From positions 448,001 to 512,000 of the forward strand of contig CAVSOU010000010.1 of NCBI GenBank assembly GCA_963729625.1: a stretch of DNA of 64,000 nucleotides, read 5' to 3'. The notes under the pieces are model-generated. The model searched no databases and had not been told where the DNA came from. It saw only the letters and a list, made by a program, of their open reading frames with translations. Below are positions 19,412-30,221 of the stretch, one piece after another. The translations under genes were made by a program, and so were the position numbers. This DNA comes from an uncultured bacterium. Lineage in GTDB: Bacteria; Chloroflexota; UBA5177; JANWHV01. The first letter of the stretch is position 1; each line of letters begins with the position of its first letter.

Positions 19412-20677
19412 TCAGCGCCGCCAGAACCTACCCGTCGCGGCCTGGCTCTTCGGCTTAGCCGGTTCTTCAGGCGATTCGGCATCCCCTGCCAGAAAACGGG
19501 CAATGTCGAAAATGTTCTGGCTGATTTGCGCATCGCGCGCACTCAAAACAAATGGTGTCCCACTGTTCGCTGCCGCCGTTGCGCGCTTGCCGTCGCTGAC
19601 AACGCGCCAGCGTAGCTCCTGCTTCAGGAATGCCTCGAGGTCTTTCAAGTGGCCGGGCGGCACGCTGTTCGAACGCATGAGGATGGGAACGATCTTCTCC
19701 ATGTCGTAGTTGAGCAGCCGAACCACGCGCAGGAACGAGTTCAGGTTCTTCATGGCGGGGAGATCGGGGCCGATTGGCACGAGGATCGTGTCGGCTACCT
19801 CCAGAACAGCCAGAACTCGCTCGTCATAGCTGGGCCATGTATCCACAAGCGTGAACAGGAACAACTGCTTGAGGATACCCAGAATGCGTTGCATCTGTTC
19901 GCCTCGGATGCTGTCACCCTCTTCCGGCCGCAGCGGAGCCAACAATACTTGCAGTCCGGTGTGGTGACGAATGAGCGTGTCGACAACCACCTCGGGAGTC
20001 AATTGGTCCCCATCGCCTACCAGCTGCAGGATGGACCGTGTAGGCTGCAGCTCGAGAAACACCTCGTGACTGCCGAAGCTGATGTTCCCGTCGACGAGCG
20101 ACGTCGCATGCCCTGCCAGCTGCAGCGCAAGCGCCAGATTGACCGCCAGCGTCGAGGTGCCCACGCCACCTTTTGGGCTGAAAAGCGCGACTACTTGATG
20201 CGGTCTGTCCGACGCAATAGCTTGAGTCGCCAACGCCGAGGCGAGATGCGAAGTCGGCGCCTTGCCCACCAGGGGACCTGCGAGCGCGCGCAGCTCTTCT
20301 CGCACATCATGTACGGCCTGACGCAGGGCCGCAATCTCGAAGGGATAGCGAAGCACGCGACGAGCCCCCGCGCTCATAGCCTCCGCCAACGCATCAGCCG
20401 TGTAGTTCGACGTATAGCCGATTACGACCGCCGCCGGGTATGAGCCCTGCACCTTGCGCGCATATGCAAGGCGCGAGGACCGATCCGCATCGAGGCCCAC
20501 CAACAGCACGTCTGGGCCAGACCATCCAGGAGGGGTCGCAAGCGGTCGATCGGGAGGCAGAACATGCGGCGTGCAGCCTGCCCCTGCAAGCAACCCCGCT
20601 AGTTGCTGGGCAACGGTCTGGTTTCCCTCGATCACCACGATCTCAAGGTTGTCACCTTCCCGAACCATCTCTGCCAT
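19412..20677 (-). CDS. CpaE/TadZ-like protein (pseudo-receiver plus MinD/ParA ATPase)
   Basis: N-terminal receiver-like domain; FSPKGGVGTSTLAVNLA; AANSGTPFV. Confidence 0.82.
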   Translation of the reverse strand: MAEMVREGDNLEIVVIEGNQTVAQQLAGLLAGAGCTPHVLPPDRPLATPPGWSGPDVLLVGLDADRSSRLAYARKVQGSYPAAVVIGYTSNYTADALAEAMSAGARRVLRYPFEIAALRQAVHDVREELRALAGPLVGKAPTSHLASALATQAIASDRPHQVVALFSPKGGVGTSTLAVNLALALQLAGHATSLVDGNISFGSHEVFLELQPTRSILQLVGDGDQLTPEVVVDTLIRHHTGLQVLLAPLRPEEGDSIRGEQMQRILGILKQLFLFTLVDTWPSYDERVLAVLEVADTILVPIGPDLPAMKNLNSFLRVVRLLNYDMEKIVPILMRSNSVPPGHLKDLEAFLKQELRWRVVSDGKRATAAANSGTPFVLSARDAQISQNIFDIARFLAGDAESPEEPAKPKSQAATGRFWRR

Positions 20678-20864
20678 TCCCTATTCACTTGCGCTTTGGG
20701 TGCAACCCCTTGGGACACGATATCGCGCGACCCTCGCAGGGCCGTAGTGTTTGGGATCGCAAGTCCGTCGCACGCATCTCTTGCCGGATTGTACCGCACT
20801 CTCGGGACATTCCGATAGTACGATGGTGCGCAAGTGGCGTTCTCACGCCGGGCGTGAATACACC

Positions 20865-22469
20865 CTATGGTTGAGGAAGCAGGAACGCGGAGGAGGCTCC
20901 CAGTCCGGCCGGCAGCTTGACCACGGCGTAATGCTGTCTGAGCCACGGCACGTAAGAGCCACATTCCGGCATGGCCAGCAACGTCCGCGTCAGCAGTATC
21001 GCCTTCACGTGATAGCGGCGCGTGGCTCCCTGCGCGGTCGACGGTGACAGGTAGCCGGAGACGCAGCGAATCGTCGACGTATCGGTCAGCTCGGGAGGCA
21101 CCGTGCGGTGCGCCAGCACGGCTATCACCTGATCGTCCACGACCACGGTATCCTGGGGAGCGGTGTGCGCGTCGAGCCACGCCGCAGCCCGGATTTTTGG
21201 CACCATGTTTGCAGATGCGGAAACCGCGACAAAGACATGTCTTGTGTGGTTCAGGGCGTCCGGCAACCAGTGGAGGTAGGCAAGCGCCATGCATGCAACC
21301 ACCATGGTAACGAGTGCCTTTCGAGCGCTGCCCAAACCGCGCAGTGGAATGAAGCCGAGGGTAAGGCCGGCCAAAGCCGCCATCGGCGCCAGGAGAACCG
21401 TGAGGTGATGCACAAATAGAGGTTGGTAATCGACCATTGTCGCCAGATCGGCGGCCAGCCACGCAACAGGGATAAGCGCGAGCCGAATACGCAGGAGCGC
21501 GGCAATCGCGATACCGGCGATACCAAGCGCCACGAGGCCGCGATCCCAACCCAGGAACTGTCCGAACACATCTGCGTTGCCACCGGTAGTCTTTGCCACC
21601 TGGGAGGCCTTGAGATGAAAGCTGATCACCTGGCTCCACTGATCGCCCGACGCAACGAGCGCGAAGGCCAGCACCACAGGCGCTAGACCGCACGCAAGCG
21701 AGACGGCAACATCGCCAAGAATTCGGCGATCCAGCCTATGGCGGTCGAGATCCCACCACTTCAGCGCCAGAGCAACCAGCACCGGCAGCACCAGTGCGAC
21801 GGCAAGCAGCTTCGAGAGCGCGGCTGCCGCAACCAGTGCCGAGGCCAGGGCGATCCAGCCCCGGCGGCCGGATCGCGCATACCGTGCGGCAGCGGCGACG
21901 GCGAGGCTGCCGTACGCCAGCATCGGCGCCTCCGCCTCAATCGCATGCGAAGCGATGACGAAACCCGGAGAAGCCGCGAGCACCACGCAAGCGAGAAGGG
22001 CGCTCCAGCCGCCAGATATCTCCCACGACAACCAAATGACGCCGGCCAATGCCAGTAGGCCGCAGATGAGGGGATACACATAGCCGGCATCAGCTCCTTG
22101 CATGCGCATGGTCAGGGCCAGGCCTTCTAGGAAGAGCAGCGGTTGAGAACTGAACACCTGCGAGAAGACGTGGTAGCCCGCGTTGAGCTGCCAGGCAGAC
22201 TCTATGTAGACTCCCTCGTCGTAGTCGCTCCAGAGCTTCCCGCCCCACGGGGCATAGGTGAAACCGTGCAGATGCCGTGCTTCAAACACGAAGAACACTG
22301 CAAGTGTGGCAAGAAGAAGGACCACAATCAGAGCGCCATCGATCGTCAGACGCCGGGTTCGGCGGCGTGCCGCCAGCGCCCTGAATGCCGCGGTCCGTTC
22401 AGTAGCACCCGCGTCGCCAGTGCCGGCGGTCTGCGCCGCGGCTCCCGGCGGCGGTCCTAACGCGCTCAC
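20865..22469 (-). CDS. ArnT/PMT-like (GT39/GT83) membrane glycosyltransferase
   Basis: DYDEGVY, FSSQPLLF, EAEAP, LSKL, many TM helices. Confidence 0.8.
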   Translation of the reverse strand: MSALGPPPGAAAQTAGTGDAGATERTAAFRALAARRRTRRLTIDGALIVVLLLATLAVFFVFEARHLHGFTYAPWGGKLWSDYDEGVYIESAWQLNAGYHVFSQVFSSQPLLFLEGLALTMRMQGADAGYVYPLICGLLALAGVIWLSWEISGGWSALLACVVLAASPGFVIASHAIEAEAPMLAYGSLAVAAAARYARSGRRGWIALASALVAAAALSKLLAVALVLPVLVALALKWWDLDRHRLDRRILGDVAVSLACGLAPVVLAFALVASGDQWSQVISFHLKASQVAKTTGGNADVFGQFLGWDRGLVALGIAGIAIAALLRIRLALIPVAWLAADLATMVDYQPLFVHHLTVLLAPMAALAGLTLGFIPLRGLGSARKALVTMVVACMALAYLHWLPDALNHTRHVFVAVSASANMVPKIRAAAWLDAHTAPQDTVVVDDQVIAVLAHRTVPPELTDTSTIRCVSGYLSPSTAQGATRRYHVKAILLTRTLLAMPECGSYVPWLRQHYAVVKLPAGLGASSAFLLPQP

Positions 22470-22472
22470 CCG

Positions 22473-25397
22473 CTAGCCCGCTACCCGTTGGGTGATCGGT
22501 TGAAGCGCATACCAGTCACGACCCCATTCAAGGTCCACCTTCACCGGCACCATGAGCGGCATGGCAGTCTCCATTGTCTCGCGTACCAGGGCAGCGGTCT
22601 CTTCGAGTTCTGTCTCGGGCACGCGCAACAGGAGCTCATCATGTACTTGCAGAATCATCCGTCCCCGCAGGCCGTGTGCCTCCAATCGATCGTGCAGGCG
22701 GATCATCGCGATCTTGATCATGTCCGCTGCAGTGCCCTGAACCGGCATGTTGATCGCCTGGCGCAAGGCCTCTTCCCGCAACGACCGGAGCGGCGACTGC
22801 GCTTCCGGAAGATAGCGCCGCCGGTTAAGCAGCGTGCTGACGTATCCGCGTTCCTGCACTTCCTCTTTCACGCGTTCCATGTAGGCGTGCAGCCCGGAGT
22901 ACGTGTCGTTATAGTTCTCGATGAACTCACGCGCCTCCTGCTGGCTCACGCCGGCGCGGGCGGCGAGCCCAAACGCGCTGAGCCCATAGATGATGCCGAA
23001 GTTGACTGTCTTGGCGAGCCGGCGCATGTCGTACGTCACCTGGTCAGGAGGCACGCCAAACACCAGCGAAGCCGTGTTTGCATGCACGTCGATGCCCTGG
23101 TCGAACGCTTCAATCAACCTGGCATCGCGCGAGAGGTGTGCGGCGATGCGAAGCTCGATCTGCGAGTAGTCCGCGGCAAGAAGAATCGACCCCGGATCGC
23201 GGACCACGAACGCACGGCGCACCTTCTGGCCGATCTCTGTGCGAATCGGGATATTCTGCAGATTGGGTTCGGAGGACGACAGCCTGCCCGTCGCGGCGAT
23301 CGTCTGGTTGAAGCTGGTATGCACGCGCCCCGTAAGCGGGTTGATCAGCGCCGGAAGTCCTTCAACATAGGTCGACCGCAGTTTTGTTAACTGGCGATAT
23401 TCCAGGATAAGGTCGACTACAGGATCCTTGCCGCGGAGCCGCTCGAGCACATCGGCGTCAGTCGAGTAGCCGGTAGCGGTTCGCCTGCCCGGAGCCAGCC
23501 CTCGCTCGCGGAACAGCACTGCCTCGAGCTGCTTCGGGGAGTTAATATTGAACGGTCGCCCGACCAACGCGTAGATCTGCTGCTCAATCTGGCCAAACTG
23601 CTCCTGCAGCTCGAGCGACATGGTACGCAGGAACTCGACGTCGAGGTCTACGCCTTCCGCCTCCATGGCCGCGAGTACCGGTACAAGCGGCATCTCGACA
23701 TCGCGAAACAGGTCAATCAGCCCCATCTGTTCAAGTTCCGGCGCAAGCGCGTGCCGCAGGCGAAGCGTAAGGTCAGCGTCCGCCGCCGCGTACGCGGCGG
23801 CGGCAAGGATCGGCACCTGAGCCATTGAGCGCTGGTCCTTGCCGGTACCGATCAAATCGGAAATCGGAGTCATCTGTATGCCGAAACGCACGGCAGCCTG
23901 ATCCTTCAATCCGAGTCCGCGCTGGGCCGGGCTGAGCAAGTAGGCGGCGATCATGGTGTCGAACGCGATGCCGCGCATTTTGGCGCCGTGCGTCATAAGA
24001 ACCGTCATGTCGTACTTGATGTTGTGGCCAATTTTGGCAGCTCCGGCATCTTCAAACCACGGGCGAAGACCTTCGAGCACCCGCTCCATGGGCAACTGCG
24101 CGCCTTCAAGATGGCCAACTGGGATGTAGTACCCAATGCCCTCATCGCATGCCAGCGCGATACCGACCAGCGCTGCCTGCATCGGATCCTTTCCGGTTGT
24201 TTCCAGATCGATAACCCAGTCGGGGCGCACGCGCATTCTCTCGATCAGCGCTGCGAATGCCTCCTCGGTATCGATGACAAACGACTCCGTCGGCGCCAGC
24301 GACTGGGGTATGTGCACGTCCACTGGTTCGACGACAGGCGGAGGCACGTCGAGCAATTCGAGCGCTGGCAGCGCCACGCCTTGAACTGACTTGTCTGTAA
24401 GCGGAGACATTGGCTCCCCCCGCGCATCACTGGTGGCGGCGTCCAGCCCGGCAAAGAGCCCGACATTCAGGGGCTCCGGCCGGCCACGCAGGGGAGCAGC
24501 GAACGTGGGTTTCTCAGGTCCTCCGGGCAGGCGGTCGATCAGGCTGAAGAACTCAAGCTCGGTAAACAGCTTGAACACGCAGTCATGATCATATGAGTCG
24601 CGAGTCGCGCGCTCCAACTCAAGTGCAACTGGCACGTCCGTGACAATCGTCGCGAGAAACTTGCTGGCAATTGCGTGTTCGCGTCTGTCAGCCAGGAGGC
24701 GCCGCGTGCGCTCCGGGAGCTCCTCGACGTGGTCGAACAAGTTCTCAATGGTGCGATATTCACTCAGAAGCTTGGATGCGGTCTTGGCGCCGATTCCCGG
24801 CACGCCCGGTATGTTATCGGAAGTGTCGCCAACCAGGGCCTTGTAGTCCGGGATCAGTTCGGGCGGAAGACCGAAGCGCGCCTCGACGGCCGCCGCATCA
24901 TACAGGCTCACCATCGTGGGACCGCGTCCGGGTGTAAGGACCTTCACGTGGGGACCGACGAGCTGCAACGTATCCAGATCGCCGGAGAGTATTAGCGCGT
25001 CCACTCCGGCGGAAGCGGCCTGTCGGGACAGAGTCCCCAGTATGTCGTCGGCCTCGAAACCAGGCATCTCATAGGTCGGGAATCCGAATGCCGTGACCAG
25101 CTCGCGGATACGCCCGACTTGGAGCACGAGCGAATCCGGCATAGGCGGCCGATGACCCTTATAACCGGCAAACCTGTCATGCCGAAACGTTGGCATGGAA
25201 AGGTCGAAAGCCACGGCTCCGTGAGATGGGGCCTCGGTCTGCAGCGTCTTGAGAAGAATACTTGCGAAGCCAAACGTAGCATTAGTCGGCTCGCCGTGCG
25301 ACGTGCTCATACTGGAGTCGGCAGTGGCGTGAAACGCCCGGTAGAGGAGGGCATGCCCGTCGATCAGAAGCAGCTTAGCCACGCCCATCGCTCCCAT
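22473..25397 (-). CDS. polA: DNA polymerase I
   Basis: LIDGHALLYRAFHA, EADD, DLETTG, TGRLSSSEPNLQNIP, DYSQIELR, AKTVNFGIIYG, QVHDE. Confidence 0.98.
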   Translation of the reverse strand: MGAMGVAKLLLIDGHALLYRAFHATADSSMSTSHGEPTNATFGFASILLKTLQTEAPSHGAVAFDLSMPTFRHDRFAGYKGHRPPMPDSLVLQVGRIRELVTAFGFPTYEMPGFEADDILGTLSRQAASAGVDALILSGDLDTLQLVGPHVKVLTPGRGPTMVSLYDAAAVEARFGLPPELIPDYKALVGDTSDNIPGVPGIGAKTASKLLSEYRTIENLFDHVEELPERTRRLLADRREHAIASKFLATIVTDVPVALELERATRDSYDHDCVFKLFTELEFFSLIDRLPGGPEKPTFAAPLRGRPEPLNVGLFAGLDAATSDARGEPMSPLTDKSVQGVALPALELLDVPPPVVEPVDVHIPQSLAPTESFVIDTEEAFAALIERMRVRPDWVIDLETTGKDPMQAALVGIALACDEGIGYYIPVGHLEGAQLPMERVLEGLRPWFEDAGAAKIGHNIKYDMTVLMTHGAKMRGIAFDTMIAAYLLSPAQRGLGLKDQAAVRFGIQMTPISDLIGTGKDQRSMAQVPILAAAAYAAADADLTLRLRHALAPELEQMGLIDLFRDVEMPLVPVLAAMEAEGVDLDVEFLRTMSLELQEQFGQIEQQIYALVGRPFNINSPKQLEAVLFRERGLAPGRRTATGYSTDADVLERLRGKDPVVDLILEYRQLTKLRSTYVEGLPALINPLTGRVHTSFNQTIAATGRLSSSEPNLQNIPIRTEIGQKVRRAFVVRDPGSILLAADYSQIELRIAAHLSRDARLIEAFDQGIDVHANTASLVFGVPPDQVTYDMRRLAKTVNFGIIYGLSAFGLAARAGVSQQEAREFIENYNDTYSGLHAYMERVKEEVQERGYVSTLLNRRRYLPEAQSPLRSLREEALRQAINMPVQGTAADMIKIAMIRLHDRLEAHGLRGRMILQVHDELLLRVPETELEETAALVRETMETAMPLMVPVKVDLEWGRDWYALQPITQRVAG

Positions 25398-25462
25398 GCC
25401 TTGCCCGTGTCACACGGCACTATGGACTATTGTACGATATCGGCGAGCATAGACGCCCCGGT

Positions 25463-26776
25463 CTACTGGCTCCGCGCGACAAGTTCCACCGCTGCCGAGA
25501 AGATGTCGATGCCCTCTTCCAGCTCCCACTGGCTGACATTGAGCGGTGGCATGAAGCGAATGCACTGGTCGTGCGGACCACAGGTCAGCAGCAACATGTG
25601 CCGATCCAGGGCGGCCTGGCGCACTGCCTCCGCGAGTCGCCCGCTTGGGGAGCCGTCAGGCTCGACGAACTCGGTCGCGAGCATCAAACCAAGGCCCCTC
25701 ACATCGCCAATGATCGGATAGCGGTCTTTGAGAGCCTGCAGTCTCGCGCGAAAGCAGTCGCCCATGCGCGCGGCGTTTTCCACCATACCCTCCTCGCGGA
25801 TGACGTCGATTGTGGCGCAGGCTGCGGCGCAGGAGACGGGGTTACCTCCGAAGGTGCTCCCATGGGCTCCCGTGCTCCAAAGGTCCATAATGTCGCGCGT
25901 GCTGGTCACGGCGCTGAGCGGGAATCCGGATGCAATGCCCTTAGCCATCACCTGTATGTCGGGGATCACCGCGTGATGGTCGCTCGCCCACCATCTTCCG
26001 GTCCGGCCGAAGCCGGACTGGACCTCATCGAATACGAGCAGCATGCCGTGACGGGTGCACAGATCGCGCAACTCGCGAAGAAACCCTGTCGGCGCCGGCA
26101 GGTAGCCACCTTCACCTTGCACGGGCTCGATGATCACCGCCGCTACGCTCGCGGGGTCGACCACCTGTTCAAGCATCCGCTCGAGAAACTGCATACAGCC
26201 CTGACAGCATGCCTTGGGCTCATGACCGAGCGGGCAGCGGAACGTATTCGGAAACGGCGCGAAGTACGTCGAAGGCACGAAGGCCTCGTATCCTTTGCGG
26301 TAGTGCACCTTCGAGCTCGTAACGCTGATTGCCCCGAGCGTTCGCCCGTGGAAGCCGCCCTGGAACGCGACGACAGCTGGGCGCTTGGTCGCGAACTTAG
26401 CCAGCTTCAGCGCTGCCTCCACCGCTTCGGACCCGCTGTTACCAAAGAATGTCACATCCAGGCCGCTTGGAGTGATCTCGGCGAGCTTCGCGGCAAGCTC
26501 GATATTCGGGCCGTAGCGCACGGCGCTGGCGGACGGATGAACGATACGATCGATCTGCGCCTTCGCCGCTGCAAGCACCTTGGGGTGCGAATGCCCGGTA
26601 TTAACCGAGGCAATGCCCATGACGAAATCCAGATAGCGGTCGCCTCCGGGGGAGTACACGAAGCTACCGCTGCCGCGCTCGACGAATACATCAGTCGTGC
26701 GGTGCACAACTCTTGCCAGATGCTGATCCTCGAGCTCGCGGAGGCGCGCGATCCCATCCAGTTGCTCGCCGATCAT
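25463..26776 (-). CDS. gabT: Class III aminotransferase (4-aminobutyrate aminotransferase-like)
   Basis: NSGSEAVE, FHGRT, IEPVQGEGG, FDEVQSGFGRTG, AKGIASGFPLS, HGSTFGGNP. Confidence 0.85.
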   Translation of the reverse strand: MIGEQLDGIARLRELEDQHLARVVHRTTDVFVERGSGSFVYSPGGDRYLDFVMGIASVNTGHSHPKVLAAAKAQIDRIVHPSASAVRYGPNIELAAKLAEITPSGLDVTFFGNSGSEAVEAALKLAKFATKRPAVVAFQGGFHGRTLGAISVTSSKVHYRKGYEAFVPSTYFAPFPNTFRCPLGHEPKACCQGCMQFLERMLEQVVDPASVAAVIIEPVQGEGGYLPAPTGFLRELRDLCTRHGMLLVFDEVQSGFGRTGRWWASDHHAVIPDIQVMAKGIASGFPLSAVTSTRDIMDLWSTGAHGSTFGGNPVSCAAACATIDVIREEGMVENAARMGDCFRARLQALKDRYPIIGDVRGLGLMLATEFVEPDGSPSGRLAEAVRQAALDRHMLLLTCGPHDQCIRFMPPLNVSQWELEEGIDIFSAAVELVARSQ

Positions 26777-26961
26777 GGCCAGGCCCCTTCCCAGGCGGCG
26801 CTTATGTCAAAGATATTCAACCGTTCTGCCTCGCGCCGCGGAGCATGGACGGGCGGCAGCCGGCGATGCAATTGGAAGAATGTCGGGGTGCGCCGCCCCA
26901 CACTGCCAGTGTAGCCGTGGCCGCCACCGCGCTGCAACAGAAAGAGAGCGGGAATCCGCAC

Positions 26962-26970
26962 TGGTATAAT
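26962..26970 (+). promoter_or_regulatory. Extended -10 promoter of icd (TGGTATAAT)
   Basis: Perfect TGnTATAAT about 100 nt upstream of icd. Confidence 0.65.
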
Positions 26971-27067
26971 CTGTTTCGGAGGCGGCCGGCGCCTGCCTCC
27001 GGCGCGCTGCGGCCGGCGTGGTCCAGGCGCGAGCGCACCTGTTACGCATGAAAGTCGAGGAAAAGCC

Positions 27068-28312
27068 TTGGCGAATTGGAAGCATATCGCCGTGCCGAGA
27101 ACCGGGGATCGCATTACGTTCGAGAACGGCATGCCGCAGGTGAGCGACGTGCCTATCGTGCCGTTCCTTCGAGGCGATGGTATAGGGCCCGATATTTGGG
27201 CCGCCAGCCAGCCCGTGCTTGACGCTGCCGCCGGTCTTACGTCGGACGGACGGCGCCGTATTTCCTGGATGGAAGCTTTCGCCGGCGACCGCGCCATGGA
27301 CCTGTATGGCGAGTACCTGCCTGGCGAGACGATCGAGGCGCTGCGGGAGTACGCGGTAGCAATCAAGGGCCCGCTCACGACACCGGTTGGCGGAGGCATT
27401 CGCAGCCTGAACGTGACTCTTCGGCTTATCTTCGACCTCTATGCGTGTATCCGTCCAGTTCGCTACTTTGACGGCGTCCCCAGCCCGGTCAAGGAGCCCA
27501 GCAAGTTGGACGTCGTCATATTCCGCGAGAACACGGAGGACGTGTACTCCGGCATCGAGTTTGCCAGTGGCTCGCCGGAGGCGGCCAAGCTCATCGCTTT
27601 CCTGCGGGACGAACTGGGCAAGACCGTTAGGCTGGATTCTGGCATCGGCATCAAGCCCATGAGCAAGTTCGGCACCGAGCGTCTGGTCAGGCGTGCCATA
27701 CAGTACGCGATCGACCACCATCGCTCGAGTGTGACCATCGTTCATAAGGGCAACATCCAGAAATTCACTGAAGGCGCATTCCGCGACTGGGCATACGGCC
27801 TGGCGGCCCGCGAGTTCGCCGGGCGCACGGTGCGCGAGGACGAGATAGGTGCCGATGGTCCTGGAAACAGAGTGATCGTGAAAGATCGCATCGCGGATGC
27901 CATGTTTCAACAGGTGTTGCTCCGTCCCAGTGAGTATTCGGTGCTTTCCATGCCGAACCTGAACGGCGACTACTTTTCCGACGCGTGCGCGGCGCAGACT
28001 GGTGGGCTTGGGATGGCGCCAGGGGCGAACATCGGCGACAACGCAGCCATCTTCGAAGCAACGCATGGAACGGCGCCCAAGTACGCCGGCAAGGACCTGG
28101 TGAATCCAGGCTCAGTCATCCTTTCGGGAGCCATGTTGTTCGAGTACTTCGGCTGGCAGGATGCCGCGGACTTGATCTACGAAGGCGTGAAGCGGACAAT
28201 CGCGGCCAAGACCGTCACGTATGATCTGGAGCGCCAGATGCCCGGCGCCACCAAGGTGTCGTGCTCGGAGTTCGGCCGCGAGATCGTGAAGCACATGCGT
28301 GCTGCGGCCTAG
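27068..28312 (+). CDS. icd: NADP-dependent isocitrate dehydrogenase
   Basis: [53 protein letters not shown]; TTG start. Confidence 0.96.
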   Translation: MANWKHIAVPRTGDRITFENGMPQVSDVPIVPFLRGDGIGPDIWAASQPVLDAAAGLTSDGRRRISWMEAFAGDRAMDLYGEYLPGETIEALREYAVAIKGPLTTPVGGGIRSLNVTLRLIFDLYACIRPVRYFDGVPSPVKEPSKLDVVIFRENTEDVYSGIEFASGSPEAAKLIAFLRDELGKTVRLDSGIGIKPMSKFGTERLVRRAIQYAIDHHRSSVTIVHKGNIQKFTEGAFRDWAYGLAAREFAGRTVREDEIGADGPGNRVIVKDRIADAMFQQVLLRPSEYSVLSMPNLNGDYFSDACAAQTGGLGMAPGANIGDNAAIFEATHGTAPKYAGKDLVNPGSVILSGAMLFEYFGWQDAADLIYEGVKRTIAAKTVTYDLERQMPGATKVSCSEFGREIVKHMRAAA

Positions 28313-28538
28313 AGGCGCAAGCCGGTATGTTTGATGAGAACCAGAAACGAAGTTGTCAACCGCACCTCTGGTCGCCCTTGACGGCAGCCCGCTAAGGGCC
28401 TACACCAAAGCAGACGAACTTCGATTCACGCTCCGCGGTCGCCCGCGCGCGACTCGAAGTCCAGGCTAGACTGTGACGCTATATAGTTGAGGCGGACGCT
28501 GGATCAGCGTCGCTCGCGACCAGGAGGGCAGCCACGAT

Positions 28539-30221
28539 ATGGACGATCCGGTGATCCAACATGAGGTTCTCGTGGTCGGCGCCGGCTTGGCCGGCATGCG
28601 CGCCGCGGTTGCCGCCCGCGAAGCAGGCGTCGATACCGCCATCCTCTCGAAGGTGCACCCCATGCGCAGTCACTCTGGCGCTGCCCAGGGAGGCATCAAC
28701 GCCGCCGTCGCCAAAGACGATAGCTGGGAGAATCACTGGTTCGACACGGTCAAAGGAAGCGACTATTTGGCGGACCAGGACGCAGCCGAAATACTGACGC
28801 GCAGCGCTCCCGAGAACATTTATGAGCTCGAGCACCAGGGTGTACTGTTCAGCAGATGGCAGGATGGCCGTATCGCCACGCGCCCGTTCGGTGGGGCAGG
28901 CTTTCCACGTACCTGCTTTGTTGCCGACATCACCGGACATGTCATCTTGCAGACGGTCTACGAGCAGGTGCTCAAGAATGGGGCGAAGGTCTATGAGGAG
29001 TTCTTCGTCGTATCGCTCATCGTCGAGGACGGCACCTGCAAGGGTGTGGTCGCCCTGGACATCATGACGGGTCGGCTGGTCGCCTTTCGCGCAAAGGCGG
29101 TCGTGTTCGCGACCGGCGGCGCCGGACGAGTGTTCTTCAAGAGCACCAACTCGCTGATCAATACGGGCGACGGAGCTGCAATTGCCTATAGAGCCGGCGC
29201 GCCAATCGAGGACATGGAATTCATACAGTTCCATCCCACAACGCTGGCGGCCAACGGCGTGCTGATCACCGAAGGCGCGCGCGGAGAAGGGGCGTATCTC
29301 CTCAACGCCGAGGGCGAACGCTTCATGTTCAAATACGCGCCAAGCAAGGGCGAGCTTGCCAGTCGCGACGTGGTGTCGCGGGCCGAGTGGACGGAGATTC
29401 TGGAGGGCCGTGGCGTAAATGGCTGCGTCCTGCTCGATCTGCGGCACCTCGGCGAGGCCCGGATCCAGGAGCGCCTGCCCCAGATTCGAGAACTGGCAAC
29501 CGACTATGCTGGTGTAGACCCTGTGGAAGAGCCATTGCCAATCCGGCCGGGAGCCCATTACACCATGGGCGGAATCCGCGTCGACACCCACTGCGCTTCA
29601 CCGGTCCAGGGTTTCTTCGCGGCCGGTGAGTGCTCGGCTGTAAGCGTGCACGGATCGAATCGTCTTGGCGGGAATTCGCTGCTCGAGACGGTGGTCTTCG
29701 GCAAGATCGCCGGGACGAGCGCCGCTCAATTTGCCAGGGAGCACGACTACGCTGAGCTTCCTGCCGATGCAGTGCAATCTCAGGAACAGCGCCGCCAGCG
29801 ACTGTTCAATAATCCGGGCAAAGAGAAGGTGGCAGATCTTCGCGACGCGATGCAGGCGGCAATGAACGAGCACTTCCACATATTCCGCTATGAGAAGCAG
29901 ATGGCGGCAGGTGTCGACAAGATTCGAGCGCTGCGAGAACGCTATGCCAGCGTGTCCATCGCGGATACGTCCCTCGTCTTCAACACGGCGGTCTGCGAAG
30001 CGCTGGAGTTGGATTCTATGCTCGACATAGCAGAGGTCATCGCCACCGGAGCCATCGCGCGCACTGAGAGTCGGGGCGCGCATGCTCGGACCGACTACAA
30101 GGATCGCGACGACGTGAATTGGCTCAAGCACACGGTTGCATCATACTCACCCGACGGTCCGCGGCTCAGCTACGCCCCGGTTACCATGGGTAAGTTCCAG
30201 CCAATGGAGAGAGTGTACTGA
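28539..30221 (+). CDS. sdhA: Succinate dehydrogenase/fumarate reductase flavoprotein
   Basis: GAGLAG, RSHSGAAQGG (covalent FAD His), QFHPT, HYTMGG, HGSNRLGGNSL, ESRGAH. Confidence 0.95.
   Translation: MDDPVIQHEVLVVGAGLAGMRAAVAAREAGVDTAILSKVHPMRSHSGAAQGGINAAVAKDDSWENHWFDTVKGSDYLADQDAAEILTRSAPENIYELEHQGVLFSRWQDGRIATRPFGGAGFPRTCFVADITGHVILQTVYEQVLKNGAKVYEEFFVVSLIVEDGTCKGVVALDIMTGRLVAFRAKAVVFATGGAGRVFFKSTNSLINTGDGAAIAYRAGAPIEDMEFIQFHPTTLAANGVLITEGARGEGAYLLNAEGERFMFKYAPSKGELASRDVVSRAEWTEILEGRGVNGCVLLDLRHLGEARIQERLPQIRELATDYAGVDPVEEPLPIRPGAHYTMGGIRVDTHCASPVQGFFAAGECSAVSVHGSNRLGGNSLLETVVFGKIAGTSAAQFAREHDYAELPADAVQSQEQRRQRLFNNPGKEKVADLRDAMQAAMNEHFHIFRYEKQMAAGVDKIRALRERYASVSIADTSLVFNTAVCEALELDSMLDIAEVIATGAIARTESRGAHARTDYKDRDDVNWLKHTVASYSPDGPRLSYAPVTMGKFQPMERVY

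Noticed and set aside
25430-28066. Long ORFs 25430..26914 (+) and 26807..28066 (-)
   Set aside because: Antisense shadows of gabT and icd.
28334-28347. 14-mer ATGAGAACCAGAAA repeated at 55388-55401, both copies intergenic
   Set aside because: Only two copies, not palindromic, and 14-mer matches are expected by chance in 64 kb.
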